DNA of 60,103 nucleotides, the filler included. It is 3 parts of 3 records of this genome, joined end to end, with 100 filler letters (N's around TTAATTAATTAA, not from the genome) between each part and the next. Parts side by side here need not be neighbours in the genome. Positions count along the whole stretch, not along the records: positions 34,038 to 60,103 come from SRR22947727_1940; 2 more parts are not named here. The stretch is one strand, 5' to 3'. Position 1 is the first letter of the stretch. Each line of letters starts with the position of its first letter. The notes below the pieces were generated by a model. It was not told where the DNA came from. It did not search any database and saw only the letters and a list, made by a program, of their open reading frames with translations. The position numbers and the translations under genes were made by a program. This document shows positions 45,444 through 54,591 of the stretch, piece by piece.

Positions 45444-46907
45444 TCAATCCACCCACTCCGTAATCACTTTCCGCTCTTTCACAGGATACCACTCGCCGAT
45501 TTTTTTCGCCAAATCCGCAACAACCTCAGGATTGTCTTTCGCGAGATTCACTTTCTCATGCGGATCCGCCAACAGATCAAAGAGCTGAGGACGTTTTTCG
45601 TCACGCGGGTGAGTAGACTTGTAGCGATTCACAACGCCGTCATACGTGAGCAAGAGCTTCCATTCTCCTTCGACTGCCCAGCGAAAAAGCAGGGTGTCTT
45701 CGTGATTATCGACGTCGCCGATGTCATGAGCGCAGCTTTCGCCAAAGACGATGTCACGTGGTGTGTGATCTCCGCTTTTTAAAATCGGCAGTAAATTGAT
45801 CCCGGGCATTTCTTTCGGGATTTCAACGCCCGCAGCGGCAAGCATGGTTGGCACAATATCGATGCTGGATCCGAGTTCTTTGCCGCGATCGCCTTTTTTG
45901 ATGGTGCCAGGCCAGCTATACATGGTCGGCTGACGCACGCCGCCTTCGTATGCGGTTTGCTTGGAGCGTGGCGCGTATTTTCCGTTGTCTTCGGATTGAA
46001 TCCAGCCGTTGTCGCAAATGTAAATGATGAGGGTGTTTTCAGTAATGCCTTTGGAATCAATGTGCGCTTTCAACTCGCCGCAGGTTTCGTCGAACCACTC
46101 GCACATCGCGTAGTAGCGAGCCACGAAATCGGAATCGATGCCTTTGGCTTTGTATTTATCAAACAATCGCTTCGGCGGATTGTGCGGGGTGTGCGGCAAA
46201 AACGGCGCATACCACAGGTAAAACGGCTTCTCTTTTTCGACTGCCATGTCGATGAAATCAGTCACTTCAGCGAGACCTTCACGCCCAATTTTTAAACCGT
46301 CGTCGCCATGACGTCCGCCAGGCTCGGGAAATCCGCGAGTCATCCCGTGGGTGAATCCACCGCGCTTATAGCTGCCTTCCCACCATTTGCCGGACTGATG
46401 CGAGAGGTAACCTTTCGTCGCGAGCAATTCGGCAATCGTCGGGTGTTTGTCGACATGAGAAATGAGCTGTTCTTGAAGTCCCTTATATTTTTTATTCGCC
46501 GCAATCTGTTCAGGCGATGGTGCAGCAGCTTTGCCCTTGTTTTTACCCTTAGCTTTTCCAGCTGCGCCTTTTGGCTTTTTCGGCGCTGCTTTAGCGGTGC
46601 CTTTGAGCGGCGTTGGATCATTTCCGCTGGTCTGGTGTTGATGAACGTAAAGGCCGGTGGCCAAGGTCATGAGGCTTGGGCGACACAACCCGGTCGGAAC
46701 GTATCCGCGGGTGAAAACAGCGCTCTCTTCAGCGAGTTTATCGAGGTGTGGAGTCTCGATGTGCTTGTGCCCCATGAAAGAATAATCCGTCCACGCCTGA
46801 TCATCCGATAGAATGAGAACGATGTTTGGCGGAGCGTCTTCGGCTTTCAAAAAAGCAGGAAATGCGAGCAGGATCGCGAGGAAAAATGCGGGGATTTTCA
46901 TGAGCAA
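45444..46907 (-). CDS. Formylglycine-dependent sulfatase (S1 family), secreted
   Basis: Signal peptide, PNIVLILSDD, TP.LD.LA, LCRPS, GKW, PH.P, DNG, K...YEGGVR.P. Confidence 0.92.
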   Translation of the reverse strand: MLMKIPAFFLAILLAFPAFLKAEDAPPNIVLILSDDQAWTDYSFMGHKHIETPHLDKLAEESAVFTRGYVPTGLCRPSLMTLATGLYVHQHQTSGNDPTPLKGTAKAAPKKPKGAAGKAKGKNKGKAAAPSPEQIAANKKYKGLQEQLISHVDKHPTIAELLATKGYLSHQSGKWWEGSYKRGGFTHGMTRGFPEPGGRHGDDGLKIGREGLAEVTDFIDMAVEKEKPFYLWYAPFLPHTPHNPPKRLFDKYKAKGIDSDFVARYYAMCEWFDETCGELKAHIDSKGITENTLIIYICDNGWIQSEDNGKYAPRSKQTAYEGGVRQPTMYSWPGTIKKGDRGKELGSSIDIVPTMLAAAGVEIPKEMPGINLLPILKSGDHTPRDIVFGESCAHDIGDVDNHEDTLLFRWAVEGEWKLLLTYDGVVNRYKSTHPRDEKRPQLFDLLADPHEKVNLAKDNPEVVADLAKKIGEWYPVKERKVITEWVD

Positions 46908-46959
46908 AGATTCAGTGTTTCACGTGTGGGTGTCAAAAGCATGAATGTGGTTCGGTACG

Positions 46960-48246
46960 TTATTTGCCCTTGCCGATACACCACAAGGCTTCATGGCTGC
47001 GGAGGAAAATCTCGCCCTCGGAAACTACGAGCGAAGAGTTCGTCATCTCGCCGATATCCGATTCAGCTACCACCTTCAGACCTTCGGGGTCCGCTTTAAA
47101 AACCACCGTCATTCCCGGTTGGCTGAGCGTGTAAATATGATCGCCCACCATCGTAAATGACCCCCACGATTTCCCAGGCCCAGGAAGACGCGCTTTCCAT
47201 TTTTCCTCGCCAGTTTTCATGTCCAGACACGACGCGATGTTGCTGTTGTTCAGGTAATAATAGTGTCCGTCTTTCGCCACGCCCGTGCCAATGCCGCCGT
47301 TGTGCCTAACCGTATGCCAAAGCCGATGCGTGTCGGTGACATCTCCATTTCCGCCGATTTTCACGCCGATGGAATTTCCATGATACCCACCCGTCGCAAT
47401 AACCGTGTCTCCATCAACCACCGGCGACGTGTAGACCAAAGGATTCAGTCCGCCGCATCTCCAGAGCTCTTCGCCAGTCTTCGGATCAAACGCTTTTATT
47501 TCCATCGGAAAGCTCATGACTAGCTCATCGCGCTCGCCGGAGTTTACTAAAATCGGCGTGCTGAAACTCCCAATGATGCCCTCGTCATCCCGACCTTGGA
47601 AGCCATCCGTCCGCGTGCCGGGCTTCCACTGGGGCTCGTCCCATTTCCAGACAGTTTCGCCGGTTTTTAGATTTAAACCGCTCAGAAAAGAGCCTTTTCC
47701 CGGGCCATGATAATGGGTCACCAAATCACCAATGATCATTGGCGACGAGGAATTTCCCCACGTATGAGATGCCGGCCCGAGATCACGGTGCCACAGCTCT
47801 TTTCCTTCAAAATCATACGCCGAAACGCCAGCCGACCCGTAGGAAACCACCACCGTTTTCCCATCCGTCGCGGGCGATGCTGAGCAATACGGATTCGTCC
47901 GGTGCGATGTTTCCGGCTTTGCATAAGTCACGCCTTTCTTCCAAAGCAGCGACCCATCTGCGCGGTTGAAGCACATCAGCCCACGAAATTTATCCGTGTC
48001 GATCGCCTGAGAAACAAAAATGCGATCTCCCGAAACAATCGGTGTCGAGTTTCCTCGCTGAGGGAGTTCAACTCGCCAGCGAATGTTGTCCGATTTTTTT
48101 CCCCAATCCGTCGGTGCCGAAGTTTCACCTGCCTTGCCTGATCCCTGTAAATCGCCCCGCCAACTCGGCCACGAATCGGCCAACGCCAGGCTCGAAAATA
48201 ACAGTGCGACAAGCGAAAGAGACGAAATGAAGCGGAGTTTTTCCAT
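46960..48246 (-). CDS. PQQ-binding-like (BamB-type) beta-propeller protein
   Basis: Signal peptide, WP.WRG, repeated S.P / D..TG...W blades typical of PVC bacteria. Confidence 0.88.
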   Translation of the reverse strand: MEKLRFISSLSLVALLFSSLALADSWPSWRGDLQGSGKAGETSAPTDWGKKSDNIRWRVELPQRGNSTPIVSGDRIFVSQAIDTDKFRGLMCFNRADGSLLWKKGVTYAKPETSHRTNPYCSASPATDGKTVVVSYGSAGVSAYDFEGKELWHRDLGPASHTWGNSSSPMIIGDLVTHYHGPGKGSFLSGLNLKTGETVWKWDEPQWKPGTRTDGFQGRDDEGIIGSFSTPILVNSGERDELVMSFPMEIKAFDPKTGEELWRCGGLNPLVYTSPVVDGDTVIATGGYHGNSIGVKIGGNGDVTDTHRLWHTVRHNGGIGTGVAKDGHYYYLNNSNIASCLDMKTGEEKWKARLPGPGKSWGSFTMVGDHIYTLSQPGMTVVFKADPEGLKVVAESDIGEMTNSSLVVSEGEIFLRSHEALWCIGKGK

Positions 48247-48307
48247 ACTCCTATTGAACCACGATCAGGCTCGTTTTGACGAGCGCACGATCGCGTGAAT
48301 AACGTCG

Positions 48308-48934
48308 TTAGGACTTTGAAACGCTGTTGAGCAAAAGTTCTCCCTCGCCCTTGAACTCATTGTCCATCATTCCGCGAAGGCGCTCAACGCCTCTACGAAT
48401 GCGAGCTTTTACCGTTCCCAATGGACAATCTGTTTTCTCGGCGATTTGGCGCTGAGTAAGCCCTTCAAAATAAGCAAGCTCGATGACTTCACGCTGCTCA
48501 GGAGTCAGCTCGACGACGGCCTGATTCAAAACGCGGCGGGCATCTGAGCGATACAGCTCTTCTCTGCCAGAAGTGCGTAGCTCTTTTTTGTCACCCTTAA
48601 CACGCTCTTCGAATCGGCCGTATAGCGCAGCACGTCGCTGGACAGAACGAATGCGATCAATGGCGCGGTTTCGAGCCGTGGTGCAAATCCAAGTCACAAG
48701 TGAACCTTTCTGAGGATGGTAGGAATCCGCCTTCTTCCAAACTGTGTTTAACACTTCGGCCGACACATCTTCGGTATCTTCAGCGTGTCTCAACACTTTA
48801 TAAGCGGTTGAATAAATTAGAGGATAAAATCGATTCGAAAATTCAGCCAGAGCATCGCCATCTTTCACGGCAATCCGCTGCATTAGTTGGAAATCGAGTT
48901 CGCGCTGTTCAGGAGATATCTTTGTTCTGGCCAT
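48308..48934 (-). CDS. ECF RNA polymerase sigma factor (LitS-like candidate)
   Basis: Region 2 (ED...EV...VW, W....ARNRAID..R) and region 4 (L.YFEGLT...IA.....PLGTVK.R.RRG). Confidence 0.93.
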   Translation of the reverse strand: MARTKISPEQRELDFQLMQRIAVKDGDALAEFSNRFYPLIYSTAYKVLRHAEDTEDVSAEVLNTVWKKADSYHPQKGSLVTWICTTARNRAIDRIRSVQRRAALYGRFEERVKGDKKELRTSGREELYRSDARRVLNQAVVELTPEQREVIELAYFEGLTQRQIAEKTDCPLGTVKARIRRGVERLRGMMDNEFKGEGELLLNSVSKS

Positions 48935-48938
48935 ATTT

Positions 48939-49047
48939 TGTTCAGGTTGTGTACAGATTATGTCGATAAAATGTCAAAGGTCAACAAGGATTTGACAAAA
49001 TTCGTCCCTTTTCGACTCCTTGACGTATTCTGTTCAATATTTGTCTC
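48939..49047. promoter_or_regulatory. CarH/LitR-type operator: 11-bp-period TnnACA direct repeats
   Basis: TGTTCA 48939, TGTACA 48950, TGTCGA 48961, TGTCAA 48972; inverted pair TCAACA 48981 / TTGACA 48992; TGTTCA 49031 / TGTCTC 49042. Confidence 0.75.
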
Positions 49048-49054
49048 ATTTTTT

Positions 49055-50026
49055 ATGTCTGATCTCCCCGAAAGTTACGAAATTAGCGCGGTCTCCCGGT
49101 TAACAGGAATCTCGCCCCACGTCCTCCGTGTTTGGGAGCGCCGGTATAACGTCGTTGAACCGGAGCGGACCGATTCAAAGCGCCGCCGGTATTCTAAAGA
49201 AAACATCCGCCGACTCACTTTGATTAAAATGCTGGTAGACAACGGCAATTCGATCAGCTCGATCGCCGGCCTGGAAACCAGTCAACTGGAGCAACGCGTC
49301 GAGGAGATTAATTCAGTTGTTTCTGAGACTCGAAATGAACGATTGCCCCAAAAGCATCGAAAAATTGCAGTGGTTGGCACTCTGGTTCGGGATGCCGTTC
49401 GGAGAGCTGTCGATAGTGAATCGGCATTGTCGATCGTGGGCGAATTCCTTAAAGCGGGTGAGGTTGCGGAGACGATCCGGCGAGGTGCTGTCGACCTTTT
49501 AGTGATCGAAAAGCCAACCGTCTTTGCTGAAACCGTGGCGGAGGTTAAAGAAGCAATCGAGACCTCTGGATGTTTGAAAGCAGTGGTGGTGTATCAATAC
49601 GGGGCCTTCGAAGCAATTGAGGCACTTACGATTCCTGAAGTTACCACTGTCAGGTTCCCCGCAACTTCATCGGAGCTGTTGCCGATTTTCCTCGAGAATT
49701 TGGAGAAGTCGCCAGCATCAATTCCCCCTGCCGATATTCCTGTTCCAAAAGGCGAAATTCCAGCACGGCATTTTAGCGACATCGAACTGGCGAAAATCAG
49801 TCGGCAATCTTCCGTCGTCCAATGCGAGTGCCCTCACCATTTATCCGCGTTGCTTTCAAATTTGGGAGCATTCGAGAAATACAGTTCCGAATGCGAAAGC
49901 CGGAACGACGAAGATGCAGAGCTGCACAATTTTCTTTACCGGACGACCGCTCAATGTCGCGCTGAAATGGAGGTGGCGTTGAGTAAAGTCCTCCGCCACG
50001 AAGGGATTGATCCCACCACTTTGTAA
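49055..50026 (+). CDS. MerR-family regulator, class III LitR-like
   Basis: CarA/CarH-type HTH (LRVWERRY...P.R....R.Y); C-terminal CECP.HL...FE.YS..C...DA.LH domain; no ExH B12-ligand motif. Confidence 0.85.
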   Translation: MSDLPESYEISAVSRLTGISPHVLRVWERRYNVVEPERTDSKRRRYSKENIRRLTLIKMLVDNGNSISSIAGLETSQLEQRVEEINSVVSETRNERLPQKHRKIAVVGTLVRDAVRRAVDSESALSIVGEFLKAGEVAETIRRGAVDLLVIEKPTVFAETVAEVKEAIETSGCLKAVVVYQYGAFEAIEALTIPEVTTVRFPATSSELLPIFLENLEKSPASIPPADIPVPKGEIPARHFSDIELAKISRQSSVVQCECPHHLSALLSNLGAFEKYSSECESRNDEDAELHNFLYRTTAQCRAEMEVALSKVLRHEGIDPTTL

Positions 50027-50214
50027 TCGTTCGGAAGCCGGGACCGCCGACGTCCCCTTCGGCTTGGGGCTCTGTCAGCGTTTTGAAATACGTCGCTCCT
50101 TGGTCGGTATCAAAAAACGGCCGCGCAGGAAATCGCATTTCAAGGATTCGAGCTTGAAATAAAATCATCGCTTGGCTGAATTTGAATTCTGTTCTTTGGT
50201 GCGCGCAGCTACTC

Positions 50215-51621
50215 ATGATCCAAAGAAAAACGAAAATTATCGCGACCGTCGGTCCGGCAACGGATTCCGAAGAAATGCTCGGCAAACTTCTCACTGCCGG
50301 AGCGAATGTGTTCCGGTTGAATATGAGTCATGCGACTCACGACTGGACGCGCGATGTGGTTGGGCGAATTCGGAAGCAAAAAGCGGCGTTAGGTAAAAGC
50401 GCCGCGACGCTGGTCGATTTGCAGGGGCCATCTATTCGAACGGGTGATCTGGACGAGAAGTTGGAACTGGCAAAAGGCGGTGTGTGCGAATTCCGAAATG
50501 CTGACTTGGAGCCTTCGGAAAAATTATCAACCACGACAAATTACGATGGGCTTTCTGACGATGTGAAAGTTGGGGATGTGATGCTGGTCGATAATGGAGA
50601 AATTCATTTTAAGGTGACGCGCAGTGAGCCGGGCCGTCTGATTTGTGACACGTTGACTAAAGGAACGATGGGGTCGCGGCGCCACATCAATCTACCCGGA
50701 GTCCGTGTGAATTTGCCTGCGCTTACGAAGAAAGACATTTGCGATATTGATCTCGCCGCAGAGCTCAATGTCGATTTTGTCGCGATCAGTTTTGTCCGCG
50801 ATGCAGAACACATTCGCAATCTGAGAGCCCAACTGGAGGAACGGGATTCCCGCGCGAAAATTGTAGCGAAAATTGAGGACCAAGAGGCGATGCGAAATCT
50901 GGAGGAAATCATTACGGAAACGGATGCGGTCATGGTTGCCCGAGGTGATTTAGGAATCGAAGTTCATATCGAAGAGCTTCCCGTCGTTCAGCGAACCATC
51001 GTTCGCGAGTGCGCCCGGATTGGCCGGAAGGTGATTGTGGCGACGCACATGCTGGAGTCGATGATCGAAAATCCAACACCAACGCGGGCGGAAGTAACGG
51101 ACGTGGCGAATGCGGTTTATGAGCAAGCGGATGCGGTGATGGTGAGTGGTGAGACCAGCGTTGGAAAATACCCAATCAAATGCATCGAGGTTCTCGATCG
51201 GATAACCAAGCGGATCGAGCAAGAGCCCGGAGCTGGATTTCACAAAAACATTGAGCTGAAAACCGAGAAGCAGCAGACGGTAAAATCCGCCGTCGTCCTC
51301 GCAAATTCGTTGCCGGATTCAAAGCTCCTCATTTTTACGGCGCGCGGCGTGCTGGCGAATTACACCGCGCACCAACGTCCTGAGAACGCGCACATTTACG
51401 CATTCTCACCGGACGAAAAAGTCGTCCAGGCGCTGAATTTGAATCGCTCGGTCGCTCCTCACGTGATGGAGTTCGAGGAGACACCCGAGGCGACGATTCG
51501 TAAAGCCATCGAGTTTCTCATGGATCGCGGCGAGGTCGAAAAAGGCGACCCCATCGTGATCCTGAGCGATGTCTTGTCCGGCGACTTCGACACCGAAGCC
51601 ATTTTGCTGCGGAAGGCTTAA
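50215..51621 (+). CDS. pyk: Pyruvate kinase
   Basis: KTKIIAT.GP, RLNMSH, DLQGP.IR, AKIE, MVARGDLG.E, PTRAE..DVANA, SGET. Confidence 0.96.
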   Translation: MIQRKTKIIATVGPATDSEEMLGKLLTAGANVFRLNMSHATHDWTRDVVGRIRKQKAALGKSAATLVDLQGPSIRTGDLDEKLELAKGGVCEFRNADLEPSEKLSTTTNYDGLSDDVKVGDVMLVDNGEIHFKVTRSEPGRLICDTLTKGTMGSRRHINLPGVRVNLPALTKKDICDIDLAAELNVDFVAISFVRDAEHIRNLRAQLEERDSRAKIVAKIEDQEAMRNLEEIITETDAVMVARGDLGIEVHIEELPVVQRTIVRECARIGRKVIVATHMLESMIENPTPTRAEVTDVANAVYEQADAVMVSGETSVGKYPIKCIEVLDRITKRIEQEPGAGFHKNIELKTEKQQTVKSAVVLANSLPDSKLLIFTARGVLANYTAHQRPENAHIYAFSPDEKVVQALNLNRSVAPHVMEFEETPEATIRKAIEFLMDRGEVEKGDPIVILSDVLSGDFDTEAILLRKA

Positions 51622-52352
51622 ACTCCGACCACTTGCCGCCACATCTTGGACATCAGGGCGTGGCCTTCAGCTGTCGGGTGAACGCCGTCTCGTGCCCATT
51701 TTTCAGGTTTGGTTCCTTCAGCAATCGCATCGTCGAACATTTTCTGAAACGGAACCCAGAGCGTTCCCGCCGCATCCGCGACTTCTTTTGCATACGCTCT
51801 ACGGACGTCAAAATCGGGGAACCACTCGCCTTTTAGCACGGCTCCACACTTTAGCGCAAAAGGTTCACAAACAACAATTGTTGTGTCAGGGAGAGCCTTT
51901 TTCGTTCGCTTGAGAAGGGTGGCGAAACCATCGCGATAGACTTCCGCGGTTCCGTCGTATTTCCCGTTCAGCTTGTGCCAGATATCGTTCACACCAACCA
52001 GAATGCTCAAGATGTTCGGTTTCAGATCGATGCAATCACGATCCCAACGCTTATCAAGATCAGGCACTTTATGCCCGGAAATACCGCGGTTGTGAACCTG
52101 AAGATTGAGAGCTGCATGATCTGCCAGCAATCCGGCTCCGATAACAGCTGGATAGCCGCGCCCGAGGCTCTTCGGCTCGTTAGCGACCTGATTCTTCTTG
52201 TCGCGACCTGCGTCGGTAATGGAATCCCCCTGGAATAGAATCACGCTCCCGGATTTCAACGTCGGCTTCTCGGCAGCGTCGGCTGAGGTTGCGAAGAATC
52301 CGGCAGCCGCAGCTGAAGTTCCGGTAACCATAAATTGGCGTCGATTAATCAT
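51618..52352 (-). CDS. Tat-exported SGNH/GDSL hydrolase
   Basis: NRRQF twin-arginine signal, FQGDSITD, NRGISG, GVND, DGVHP. Confidence 0.92.
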   Translation of the reverse strand: MINRRQFMVTGTSAAAAGFFATSADAAEKPTLKSGSVILFQGDSITDAGRDKKNQVANEPKSLGRGYPAVIGAGLLADHAALNLQVHNRGISGHKVPDLDKRWDRDCIDLKPNILSILVGVNDIWHKLNGKYDGTAEVYRDGFATLLKRTKKALPDTTIVVCEPFALKCGAVLKGEWFPDFDVRRAYAKEVADAAGTLWVPFQKMFDDAIAEGTKPEKWARDGVHPTAEGHALMSKMWRQVVGV

Positions 52353-52362
52353 GCTGCTGTTT

Positions 52363-53889
52363 TTAGGGAGATTTTTCCGTTTTGACAAGCGAATGCCACA
52401 GCCGAAAAATTTCGATGGCTTCGATCGATGCCTTAAATTCAGCTTCGGTAAACTCACCCGTAGTTTCCGTCCCATCGTTGAGCTTGTGCGAAAATTGAAA
52501 ACCCTCCAGCGCAGGTGTGGCAACGAGTAGGACGTCACAAAAGTCTTCTGGAAGCGCAAAGTAAACGCGGGTGTTGCTGGCGTCGCGGACTTTCATGGTG
52601 TCGCCGTTCAATTCGAACGGCAGATCCAATTCGAGAACTTTTCCGCGAATCCGCGCGCTCACCGGACGATTTGAAGGCGGTGTTTCATATCGTTGCTGAA
52701 GAAACAGGCGTGGCTTTTCCGTTTCGCGATCAACCGCAAACAGAATCAGATTTTGACCCGTCCGGTCGTGCGCTTTGTCGGCGATCGCCGGCCAGTAGCA
52801 ATTCAAACGATCGTCGATTGGATGCCGGATTTCGGTCAGAGAGTTCTTTATTCGCAGCGCAGTCAACACCTCGCGGTTTTCAAAAATTAAATCCGCAGCC
52901 AGCAATTCCCGAGCGGTTGCAGCATCGGTTGGATCGTTTTGGAAAATGGCTTTCTTGCGGTCAAACGTCTTCAGCGCCGCGTCGAATTTTTCACCGGTCG
53001 CTTTGATTTCCCACGTCACGATTTCAGAAAGCGGCTTCGGAATTTCGGGAATGGGTTGAGGTATCGGCGGGGTTTCTTTTTCTGCCTCTTGTTTCACCAA
53101 AAGTGCCGGATCAATTCCTTTGAACGTCGCCCACCAGGTTGTGTCCGATGTCAGGTCCCGGAATTTCTCGAACGTCGCGCTGACCTGACTAAGCGCGCTG
53201 ATTTCGTTGTCGTTTAGAGGAATCTCCCGATAATTTTTATCCGCATCTTCGATGAGAAATTTCATTTTTTCTGAGTCCTTTAAAAACGTCCCTAAGGCCT
53301 CATTGTGTTTGGTCAGAGAAAGGTCGAGCTGAGCGCCCCCGCGAAAAAACTCGATGTCTTCAGCGGTGTATTCGATCCGAATCGGTGGCGCGCCGACACC
53401 CATAATCATCAGCGCCAGACCATCTTTCCCGATCCCGCCCTTGAGGTTGGCCTTGAGCCGAATCCACGCCCCTTTTAAATCGTTCCCAACATAGGCAATG
53501 GTTCGGTCTTCTTCTTCCTTCGCCGGAATTTTTTTCGCATAATAAAAATAAGCGTCCATCCGAGTATTAAAATCAGAGCGGTATTGCGCCTTCAGCTGCT
53601 CTTTTAGAATCAGCGCGCGATCAATTCGTGAGAGCGAAGATTCTTCCACCTTGTGAACAGTTCCGTTCTTCATCCGCAATCGCACCAGCCCTTGCTCCGA
53701 CTCTTTTCCAAAAACCAGCAGTTCCGCGCGCAGTTTTTTGCCGTCAGTATTGGTCCATTCCCGACTAGGAAGCAACGCCTGCGCCTGAGCGTTTTTTACG
53801 AACAACAATACTCCTGAAAGCAGGCAGAATAGGCAAATCAAATGACGTGGGCGGTGCGACGTGGAACTGCGACGATACACCATCGGCAC
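52363..53889 (-). CDS. Secreted protein with SHD1-like domain(s)
   Basis: Signal peptide, REWT..DG....AEL......V.L...NG....V....LS..D; central Pro-rich linker. Confidence 0.7.
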   Translation of the reverse strand: MPMVYRRSSTSHRPRHLICLFCLLSGVLLFVKNAQAQALLPSREWTNTDGKKLRAELLVFGKESEQGLVRLRMKNGTVHKVEESSLSRIDRALILKEQLKAQYRSDFNTRMDAYFYYAKKIPAKEEEDRTIAYVGNDLKGAWIRLKANLKGGIGKDGLALMIMGVGAPPIRIEYTAEDIEFFRGGAQLDLSLTKHNEALGTFLKDSEKMKFLIEDADKNYREIPLNDNEISALSQVSATFEKFRDLTSDTTWWATFKGIDPALLVKQEAEKETPPIPQPIPEIPKPLSEIVTWEIKATGEKFDAALKTFDRKKAIFQNDPTDAATARELLAADLIFENREVLTALRIKNSLTEIRHPIDDRLNCYWPAIADKAHDRTGQNLILFAVDRETEKPRLFLQQRYETPPSNRPVSARIRGKVLELDLPFELNGDTMKVRDASNTRVYFALPEDFCDVLLVATPALEGFQFSHKLNDGTETTGEFTEAEFKASIEAIEIFRLWHSLVKTEKSP

Positions 53890-53981
53890 CTTAAAAAATA
53901 GGAAGATGCGTTCACGATCTTATATTCATCATCAATTTATCATACAGGCGTATGCCGGTCTTTTTCTGCTATTGGTTCGTA

Positions 53982-54578
53982 TCAATTAGCCGACGCCACA
54001 AGATCATAAGCCTTTCGAAGTGCTTCGCGGATGTTGCCGTCAGTCTCCTCAAAGAGATCCGTGATTTTATGATCGGAGATCGAAAAATCAGGCGCTAAAC
54101 GCTGGATGAAATCACTCAGCATCATCGGAGTGGTCTTGGTTTCCAATAAAACGGATGTCCCGCGCTTACGTTTGTGCGATGTCGTCAGCAATCCGGCAAA
54201 CCCGTGCGCCACGCGGGTGAATTCAAGCCGATCGAGATAGGACATTTGTTCTTCGCCATCTAGAAAAATGATGATCGAACCATGATTCGGACAGTTGGTG
54301 AGAAAGATTTTTTCCTGCTGCGTCAGCGACTTTTTCTCGTCATTTAAAAAAAGTCGGCAAATTAGAAAGTCACCTTCGGATTTTAGTTTGGATTCGAAAT
54401 CATCGAGAAACGTCGATTTCCCTGAGCCGTGTGGTCCGACAATTGTGGCCCGAAAATCGAGTTCGCCAAATCGCGCTATAATAGCTTCCCAGGAAGTGTT
54501 GAGCCATGTTGGTTCGAACGAGATCAGGGATTCAACACGAGTCACTTCGAATGGATTTTCGCGTGCGGAACAACTCAT
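53982..54578 (-). CDS. Small P-loop ATPase (AAA+/Hda-like)
   Basis: Walker A GPHGSGKST, Walker B IIFLDG, C-terminal GNIREAL lid motif. Confidence 0.75.
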   Translation of the reverse strand: MSCSARENPFEVTRVESLISFEPTWLNTSWEAIIARFGELDFRATIVGPHGSGKSTFLDDFESKLKSEGDFLICRLFLNDEKKSLTQQEKIFLTNCPNHGSIIIFLDGEEQMSYLDRLEFTRVAHGFAGLLTTSHKRKRGTSVLLETKTTPMMLSDFIQRLAPDFSISDHKITDLFEETDGNIREALRKAYDLVASAN

Positions 54579-54591
54579 TTTCGAATTGAAA

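Noticed and set aside
48939-48997. Phased repeats as a CRISPR array or iterons
   Set aside because: Only 6-bp degenerate cores at 11-bp period, with no spacers, cas or rep genes.
48887-49054. Extended N-termini in the ORF track (MerR, GDSL, fabZ, trmFO, 58769 ORF)
   Set aside because: They overlap neighbouring genes or operators; downstream ATGs match the family N-termini.
50035-50065. GC-rich hairpin after the MerR gene as a REP element
   Set aside because: Single copy in the window, no U-tract and no transposase; cannot be supported.
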